From assembly GCA_051294375.1 (NCBI GenBank), contig CM119264.1:23382858-23446857 (forward strand): DNA of 64,000 bases, written 5' to 3'. The translations under genes and the position numbers were made by a program. This document shows, piece after piece, positions 54,594 through 64,000 of the stretch. The notes beneath the pieces were generated by a model, which saw only the letters and a program-made list of their open reading frames with translations, did no database searches and was not told the origin of the DNA. The DNA comes from Paraspadella gotoi (lineage: Eukaryota; Animalia; Chaetognatha). The first letter of the stretch is position 1, and each line of letters opens with the position of its first letter.

Positions 54594-56288
54594 TCAAAAT
54601 GCCGTTTGCGGGCGCGTCTTCCAGCCATTGCTTAACGCCGGTCCTTCTCGGCATTCTCCATTATTTTCGGAGATTTGCGGGAATGTTCAATTCGGGCATC
54701 GCCTTTTCTAAAAAGGCACTACGGGCAAGTTTGGGAGGTGAGGAAAAAAAAGAGTTAGATTAAAAAAAGAAAGTAGACGAGTGAAGGATGAAATATCAAA
54801 TGATAAGAATACAAGATTTCGGGAAAATTAACAATTTAAAAAAAAAGATTGTTGGTTTTGATAAAAAAGATAATTGAAAACTGGGCAATTTGCATGAGCA
54901 CTTACTTGATAGAGATCATAGCGAGTCAGCATGGAAAGCCGATCCCGAGGAAGAATCTCCTTGAACCAGCTGAATACAATGTAGTCAACTAGTCATTATT
55001 GAGATTCAAATTTTATGTGGTTTAATATTTTTTTCATAAACTTGATTATTGATCCCACTATAGAATAATTGTAAAATATTTTTGCAATAAAAAACTTCCA
55101 CTAACCTGTCCATTGCGTTCAAGGTCTTTTAAAATCCTGAAAGATAATAACCGAATTAAATATTCAGGACCGGTCATAAAATGTTGCAAACGCAAAAAAT
55201 GTTGGTATTCTTGAACATTTACACATATAAATGATTAGAATTCTAACTTGATTCAGTTTTTGCCACCATTTGAGCCTTCTTCTCTTCGTCTTCTCAAAAA
55301 ACGGGAAGCGAGTTTGGATTGAATATCCCACAAATCGTCTCGCAAAAACTGATTCACCTTCAGTGCCTTCGAAGATAAAGAAATAAATAAATAAAAATCA
55401 TGTTATTACTTTTTGTTTATTATTTTTTAAAAGTACCTCCATTTCGTCCTTGCCTAGGAGTCCCAACCTTTGGCCACGAATCTGCCAGGGCGTTCCCTGA
55501 CAATACTTTTCCCCATCGATCTCAAGGACCGGCATCTGTCCGAGCGGCATCTGCGCCTTGGCGGCATCGTCCCAGTTTCTTCCGACCCGATTCTCTGATG
55601 TAGAAATACTTATTCGTATATTTACGTATATTTTTTCTTACCTAACATCCGACCAAACTTTAAATTAAAATTTTATCCACTTTGACCTTTTCTACCAATT
55701 TAATTAATACTTATTATACACATATAAAATGATTAGAATTCTACTTGATCAGTTTTGCCACCATTTGAGCCTTCTTCCTCTTTCGTCTTCTCAAAAAACG
55801 AGCGGAGCGAGTTGATTGAATTTCGACGAAATCGTCTCGCAAAACTGATTCCACCTTCAGTGCCTTCGAAGATAAAGAAATAAATAAATAAAATCATGTT
55901 ATTACTTTTTTGTTTATTATTTTTTAAAAAAGTTACCTCCATTTCGTCCTAGCCTAGGAGTCCCAACCTCTTTGGCCACGAATTCTGGCCAGGGCGTTTC
56001 CCTGACAATACCTTTTTCTCCATCGATCTCAAGGACCGGCATCTGTCCGAGCGGCATTGCGCCTTGGCGGCATCGTCCCAGTTTCTTCCGACCGATTCTC
56101 TGATGTAGAAATACTTATTCGTATATTTACGTATATTTTTTCTACCTAACATCCGACCAAACTTTTTAAATTAAAATTTTATCACTTTGACCTTTTCTAT
56201 CCAATTTAATTAATACTTATCCGATCAAGTTAGTTTCTTTTTAACTCCAACCGGGTGCATCGAGGCTTGCTTGTTCGTTGTTTGTTTG

Positions 56289-56347
<59 letters not shown>

Positions 56348-56524
56348 TTTCTTTCTTTTTCTTTCTTTCTTTCTTCTTTCTTTCTTTACTTTATTTACAC
56401 GGACCCGATCTTCATTCTCACCACATACGACGGTCCTCGTATTCGGTTCCAGTGCGGCGAACATCAGGCGAATGATTTCTGCTCTTCCTCTCGTGAAATA
56501 GTGAAGGACATAAGTCGGCATCAT
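54594..56524 (-). CDS. Second copy of the GST gene inside the 10 kb duplicate (likely assembly duplicate)
   Basis: It matches 44120-46050 at an offset of +10474, including the same frameshifts. Confidence 0.8.
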
Positions 56525-57535
56525 TCAGTTTGGTTCCTTTACGCCGAGAATTTCCCCAATTAACAATCGTGAGAAAAAAAGGTTCCGAGAAATTCCTAAA
56601 TTAGTTACAAATTTTATCAATAAGACTAGACAATTTTCCATAAAAAGGCATTTGTCGTTGAAAAAATATAGGAAAAAATAGGTCAGAGAATAGAAGACAA
56701 CATATTTCGAACGATTTAAAAAACCCGGTTTTTTTTTTAAAAGGAACATTTTCGATTTGAGAAGTAGTTCGGAAATTCTCGCGCTAGAACTGTTTTCGTA
56801 CGACTTTACGTGCTCTTCAAACGTCGATTGAAAAAACCTGATCCTTCTAAGTTCGTGCTGAGCTAAGAGACATGAGACGCTATTGGTTGGATTAGGAAAC
56901 GTGGACTCGAACGACGAACCGGTTCGCTGAGAGAGAGAGATAGAGAGACAGACGTTAACATACAAAAAAGTGCAATGTCATGAAATTGGTACAACCAATA
57001 TATGTAATTGATGTATCAAACATTCAAAAAATCTAAATAAACTACAGATAGTCAAGAGCCAATACCTATACTATACAGTATACAATAAACATTAGGCATA
57101 CGTAGGGATCTTGATGTTATTTCAAACATCAAAAGCTCTTAAAGTTCCCGTTTAATACAAAAATTAAGTCACAAAAAGAGATACTGTAAATCCATCCCTT
57201 CTGTTGATTAATTTCACAAACGAACAATTCGTCTTTTTTAGTGAGAGAAATTTGAGTGTAAACCACGAAATTTTAGCTTCAATCAAAAACAACAAGGCGA
57301 CTCTTGTTCGCAGGTTTCGAAAGAAAAAGAACTTCTGGAATTAAATCTTTTCTTCTTCCCTGCTGTCTGACCCACAAACTGTCCGTAGTTTTTGCTTACC
57401 CAACCTGACTCTATCCATTTGACCAACCCAAGCGACCGACCCATTCGTTTAACTCCAGGCCTCATTCTTCCCGACACAATATGTCCATGTCATTACCCAT
57501 GGCGTAGCAAACTCTCTCTCTCTCTCCCTCCCTCG

Positions 57536-57607
<72 letters not shown>

Positions 57608-57876
57608 CTGATTTCTCCCTCCGGTCTCGCAGTGTCCGACCGAGACAATTACGTCCGAGTCAAAGAAAAGTGGAGAGAAAGAAGCGGAGAATAGAGAAGA
57701 AAGAAAAGAAAGAAGAAAAGAAAGAAAGGAGGCGTGGGATGATAAATACGTTGTCGCGAGGACAGAAAAGGGTCAAAGGGAAGACAGGGAGGTTGTACGC
57801 CTGACAAAGTGAAGGTCCCGCGCGCGACGGCGCCTTTGTTGGCGGCCGAGAATTTTTTTTGTGGGCTGCGTCCTCG

Positions 57877-57907
<31 letters not shown>

Positions 57908-58299
57908 GCTCTCATCTCTCTCTTCTCTGCCATCTTCTCTCTCTCTCTCTCTCATCTCATCGTCTCTCTCTCTCTCCTCATTTTTCGCACGCAGACGAGT
58001 TTAAACGCGCTTTTCTTTATTTCGACGTGCTGTCCTCTAGGGTTATGCGTGTGTGCGGCTAAGAGAGAGAGAGAGATAGAGAGAGAGAGAAGGTTTTGCC
58101 CGCCTGGCCCTTCAGTTATCACAATATGGTCATTGAATCCATTTGCATATGGTAATCCCGGTCGCACGGCCTTGGAGTCTTTGCTATTCATGACTGGAGG
58201 CGGCCCAAGTCGCGCTGAGTCCTCGGAGTCTCAGTCGAGACTCTGATTTGTGGAGAAGACGACGGACGGACAGAGAGGGAGAGATGAGGGTAGCGGGAG

Positions 58300-58378
<79 letters not shown>

Positions 58379-58701
58379 GAGAGAGAGAGAGAGAGAGAGG
58401 AATGAATGACAATTGAATTCTGGGAAATTGCTAGAGAAGAAGAATGGGAAAAGAATGAGCAAGTGAATGATGAAGAAAAGATTGAGAGAGAAATGAAACA
58501 AAGAACTAAAAATAAGAAAAGAAAGAGTGATAGGACATTATTTTTTTTTTAAGCTGAGAGTAAAACGATAAAATATACGATCCAAAAAAAACAAAACAAA
58601 AGAGAGAATCACAAACGAATAGGCATTAGGCATTAGGCATATTTTCTCCGGAAGATACATCTGACAGAAAAAACGGAAGAGCGTGAACCCGATTTTATGT
58701 G

Positions 58702-58803
<102 letters not shown>

Positions 58804-61028
58804 GAATGCATAACGAGTCACGAAGTGATTAAGTGAAAACGAAATCCAGCTTCGGAAATATCGTCGGCTCGTCATCCGAAGACGATTCGCGTCAAACGGA
58901 CGAATGGCTCATGGCCTCAAGGCTCAAGCCTCAAAAGCTCATGGCCTTACCGAATGGCATCCTGAATCGACGGGCTGCAATGGCTCAAACCATTGAGATT
59001 ATGACTGGTCCTGTACCCATGAGGGCGGCAGCCCGTACTTTTTTGAGCAATATGCATAGAATATCGCTCTTGCCGCATCAGGCTTTTTTTAGTTGCCACA
59101 AGCTCTTCGCTAATGGCCCAATGTTTTTTTTTAAATGATTTTTCAAATTATATAATTTTCTGATCCAAGCAATATTTTTTAAATATATACGTTTTTTTTA
59201 TAATTTTTTGACTGTTACATTTTTACGGGTTGAACCATTAGTCCTTAACATTTTTTAGTCTAATACTCAGGCAAATTCTTTCCTTTCGTTTCTTCTTTTG
59301 TTTCTTTCTCTGTTTTTCGCTTTGTTTTCTCTCCCTTTTCGCTCTTTTACCCCGTCCATTTAATGCCCCATATTTTTTTGTTTTTTCTTCTCTTTTCACG
59401 AAATCGAAGTCGAACGAGTGACGTCAGAGATCAAAATTCATGATTCCCTCAATTGTTAGAATCGCGAACAATGGCTGTTAAACGACGCCAACGATGACGA
59501 CGACGACAGAACGGCAACGCACGCGCCGCGCCGCGCCCTCCGGCCGCGCGCCTTCAACGACGTCATTTCCGTCGGCCTCCCTTTTCTTTCGACTGCGAAC
59601 GTGCGTCGGCGATCGAGACATCGGCTGCTCGTGCCACGCCTCCTTCCGCGAGCGAGTCGTTTGTCGGGCGCGAGCCGAGAACGATTGTCGGTAAGAGTCG
59701 GGCGGGCGCGGCTGGCGGCGCGGGCATTGACGGGCGCAGGTTAACCGGAATCGGTCAAACGGGCGAATAAAGGGGAGAAGGAAAAAGTGGTTGTTTTAGG
59801 GGGAGTTAGGGGGGAGGTAGGGAGTGGCAAGGATTGAATCTTGGAGGGCGGAGTTAGTGAATTCGTTAAAAAGGACGCGGATGTTCGTCAACGGCTTCGT
59901 TTGTGAATTGGGATCACCATAGAGCACGCATGGTTTCGGCTTTCGACTAAAACATTTCTCGCGTGAATAAACATTGACGAGCGATCGTCATTCCTTTGAC
60001 CCGATGACCCGATGACCTGCCGCAAATTTTTAAAAACGATGACTCTTTTGCCTAAAAACATTGATGACTGACCACTGACCAGCTTTTGAACTTACGTCTC
60101 GAGTCCTTTAAACCCTTTGACACGAATGAACATGAACGATGAAGATGAACGATGGAAGCGATGAACGATGAACCAATCCTGGAAAATAGAATTTACGCCT
60201 GAAGCTGATAGATGAATTTTGAACAGACCGCAGAAGGAAGCTTGCTGTCAAAAGCTTGCGAAAGACTTGATTGCGACAATCCTGGGCGTGTCCGAAATTC
60301 AAAAGGAGGAGGAGGAAGAGGAGAAGCACATTGAGAATCGCCGTCGTGAGTCGGAAAAAAGAGAATCGAGGGAGGTGAGAGATGAAGAGGACGGAGGAAG
60401 AAGAGGAGGAGGAAGAGGAGGAGAAGAAGAGTAGAGAAGTGGAAGAAAGAAAGTGTAAGGCAGCTGAGTCTAACAGAGATTAAGAAGGGGACGCAAAATT
60501 TCAAGATTTCAAAGGAAGTGATATGAAATGAAAGAATATCTTTAATTATTATGAAGTGAATGTCATAAATGTCTTCACTCAGCATTTCGCGCTCTTCTTA
60601 GCTGAATCTCGATAATTCTGCATACAATGTGTTTTCATACTTCGTTGCATCCAATAGATAATGCAGTTGACATTCCGTCTCATACTGTATCTGTATCTCA
60701 ATGCACTAATTTTGGTCTCATGGGTGTACGAATAGGGAGGCGGAGACGTCTCCGGATCCGCGTCTCGTTACGACGAAGGGGGTGGCCGCGAGAGGGGGAA
60801 GAGCGGAAGAAGAAGAAGAAGCAGAAGAGAGAAGAAGAAGAAGAGGAAGAGGAAGAAGTTACAATGAAGCGAATAGAGAGGCGGGAGGTCGCTGGACTGG
60901 GTCGACAATAACGATGACCCAAATGGGTGATGATGGGGACTGTGAAGAGAGGGGGGGGGAAGGGTGAACACGCGTCGGAGGAAGGAGATGAAAAGGAGAG
61001 TGTAAGGAGAGAGAAAGAAAGAGAGAGA

Positions 61029-61069
<41 letters not shown>

Positions 61070-61227
61070 AGAAAGAGAGGCACATACTCAGAAAGAACAG
61101 AGACACAGAGAGAAAAAGAAGGAGAAGAGGAAAGAGTTTATTTGTCCTGCAAAAGGTGATGGCTGCTGATTGAGGCAGCCTTTTTTTTCATTCGCCTCTC
61201 TCTCTCTCTCTCTGCTTCTGCTTCTCT

Positions 61228-61286
<59 letters not shown>

Positions 61287-61961
61287 CTCCCGAGAGGCAG
61301 CACCTCATTCCAAAACGTCACCACTCCTTCCAGCCCTCAACTCAGCCCGTTTTCAACGCCCGAGCGCTCACCCATTCAGAGGAGCGCCGGTCCTTTTCGT
61401 GCCCCATCGGAAATTGTTTGCTCATGAAGGAGTCTTGACTTCGCGTCGTCCGAGGAAAAAACTAATTTCTCCTCATGAGCAAACAATTTCCGATGGGGCG
61501 ACGAAAAGGACCGGCGCTCCTCTGAAGGGTGAGCCGCTCGGGGCGTGAAACGGNNNNNNNNNNNNNNNNNNNNNNNNNNNNNNNNNNNNNNNNNNNNNNN
61601 NNNNNNNNNNNNNNNNNNNNNNNNNNNNNNNNNNNNNNNNNNNNNNNNNNNNNNNNNNNNNNNNNNNNNNNNNNNNNNNNNNNNNNNNNNNNNNNNNNNN
61701 NNNNNNNNNNNNNNNNNNNNNNNNNNNNNNNNNNNNNNNNNNNNNNNNNNNNNNNNNNNNNNNNNNNNNNNNNNNNNNNNNNNNNNNNNNNNNNNNNNNN
61801 NNNNNNNNNNNNNNNNNNNNNNNNNNNNNNNNNNNNNNNNNNNNNNNNNNNNNNNNNNNNNNNNNNNNNNNNNNNNNNNNNNNNNNNNNNNNNNNNNNNN
61901 NNNNNNNNNNNNNNNNNNNNNNNNNNNNNNNNNNNNNNNNNNNNNNNNNNNNNNNNNNNNN

Positions 61962-63223
61962 TTCCCCCTCCCTCGCGGCCCACCCCCTTCGTCGTAACGA
62001 GACGCGGATCGTGAGACGTCTCCGCCTCCCTATCGACACCATGAGACCAATAATTAGTGTATGAGATACAGATGCAGTATGAGACGGAATGTAACTGTAT
62101 ATCTATTTGGATGTCAACGAAGTATGAAACACATTGTAAGAAAATTACTCGAGATTCAGCTAGAGAGGAGTCGCGAAATGCTGAGAGTGAGGACATTATG
62201 ACATTCACTCATAATAATAAAGATATTCTTTCATTTCATATCACTCCTTTGAAATCTTGAAATTTTTGGTCCCCTTCTTAATCTCTTTTAGACTCCAGCT
62301 GCCTACACCTTCTCTTCTTCCACTTCTCTACTCTTCTTTCTCCTCCTTTTCCTCCTCCTCTTCTTCCTCCTCCTCTTCATCCTCTCACCTCCCTCGATTC
62401 TCTTTTTTCCGACTAACGACCGGCGATTCTCATTCTTCTCCTCCTCCTCCTCCTCCTCCTCCTCCTCCTCCTTTGAATTCGGACACGCCCAGGATTGTCG
62501 CAATCAAGTCTTTCGCAAGCTTTTTGACAGGCAAGCTTCCTTCTGCGTCTTCAAAATTCATCTATCAGCTTCAGGCGTAAATCTATTTTCCAGATTGGTT
62601 CATGTTTCATCGTTCATCGTTCATCGTTCATCGTTCATCGTTCATCGTCCATCATGTCAAAGGGTAAAGGACATCGAGACGTAAGTTCAAAAGCTGGTCA
62701 GTGGTCAGGTCATCAATGTTTAGGTCAAAGAGTCATCGTTTTAAAAAATTTGGGCAGGTCATCGGGTCATCGGGTCAAAGGAATGACGATTCGCTCGTCC
62801 AATGTTTTATTCACGCGAGGAAATGTTTAGTCGAAGCCGAAACCATGGTGCTCTATGGTGATCGCAATTCACAAAACGAAGCGTTGACCGAACATCCGCG
62901 TCCTTTTAACGAATTCACTAACTCCGCCCTCCCAAGATTCAATCCTTGCCAGCCCCCTAACTCCCCCTAAACAACCACTTTTTCCTTCTCCCCTTTATTC
63001 GCCCGTTTGACCCGATTCCGGTTAACCTGCGCCCGTCAACGCCCCGCCCGCCAGCCGCGCCCGCCCGACTCTACCCGACAATCGTCTCGGTCGCCGCCCG
63101 ACAAACGCTCGCTCGCCGGAAGGAGGCGTGGCCGACGAGCAGCCGATGTCTCGATCGCCGACGCATCGTCGCGTCGAAAAGAAAAGGGAGGCCGACGGAA
63201 ATGACGTCGTTGAAGGCGGCGGA

Positions 63224-63255
<32 letters not shown>

Positions 63256-64000
63256 GTGGCGTTGCTCGTTTGTCGTCGTCGTCATCGTTGGCGTCGTTTA
63301 CAGCCATTGTCGCGATTCTAACAATTGAGGGAATCATGAATTTTTGATCTCTGACGTCACTCGTTCGACTTCGATTCGGTGAAAAGAGAAGAAAAAAAAC
63401 AAAAGAAATATGGGGCATTAAATGGACGGGGAAAAAAGAGCGAAAAGGGAGAGAAAAACAAAGCGAAAAACAGAGAAAGAAACAAAAGAAGAAAACGAAA
63501 AGGAAAGAATTTGCCTGAAGTATTAGACTAAAAAATTTAAGACTAATGGATCAACCCGTAAAAATGTTAACAGTCAAAAATTATAAAAAACGTATATATT
63601 TAAAAAAATTTGCTTGGATCAGAAATTATATAATTGAAAAGATCATGAAAAAACATTCATTGGGCCATTTGCCGAAGAGCTTGTGGCCAACTAAAAAAGC
63701 CTGATTGGGCAAGAGCGATATTCTATTGCACATTGCTCAAAACGTACGGCTGCCGCCCTCATGGGTACAGGACCAGTCATAATCTCAATGGTTTGAGCAA
63801 TTGCAGCCCGTCGATTCAGGATGCCATTCGGTAAGGCCATGAGCTTTTGAGGCCATGAGCCTTTGAGGCCATGAGCCATTCGCCCGTTTGACCGCGAATT
63901 CGTCTTCGGATGACGAGCGACGATATTCCGAAGCTGATTTCGTTTTCACTTAATCACTTCGTGACTCGTTATGCATTCACACGTCTCTCTCTCTCTCTCT
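61962..64000 (-). repeat. Inverted, cleaner copy of ~48310-50325 (and ~58785-60800)
   Basis: GACGAACCC-type landmarks aside, clear matches include ORF ...PQKLMALPNGILNRRAA.AQTIEIMTGPVPMRAAA on + at 48359-48664 and on - at 63691-63879. The GC-rich block at 49000-49270 is mirrored at 63000-63310. Confidence 0.9.
62606..62652. repeat. (TTCATCG)n 7-bp tandem repeat
   Basis: About six consecutive units. Confidence 0.9.

Overview
Gap-rich eukaryotic draft assembly, probably an invertebrate animal, judging by GT-AG introns and abundant (AG)n, (GAC)n and (GATA)n microsatellites. Much of the window is redundant. About 8.2-35.8 kb is a mosaic of 3-4 noisy, partly inverted copies of one locus, and 40874-50958 is repeated at 51348-61432. 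Six gaps of exactly 25 N and indel-type differences between copies point to long-read gap over-filling. Real biology still readable through the noise: (1) a ~4.1 kb hAT-superfamily DNA transposon (29400-33497) with TIRs, a 6-7 bp TSD and a recognisable DDE transposase, present in some copies of the locus and absent in others; (2) a ~650 bp TA-flanked Tc1-derived element (12626-13278), also with an empty site elsewhere in the window; (3) a multi-exon sigma-like glutathione S-transferase gene (minus strand, 44120-46050, duplicated at 54594-56524) with a tandem duplication of exons 2-3; (4) a candidate 91-nt exon encoding NEPAY repeats. Nearly all ORFs in the supplied track are microsatellite or N-gap artefacts. 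I found no convincing wholly new biological system. The best leads are the two transposon insertion polymorphisms and possible cargo in the hAT element. All alignments and translations were done by eye, so coordinates in noisy regions are approximate.
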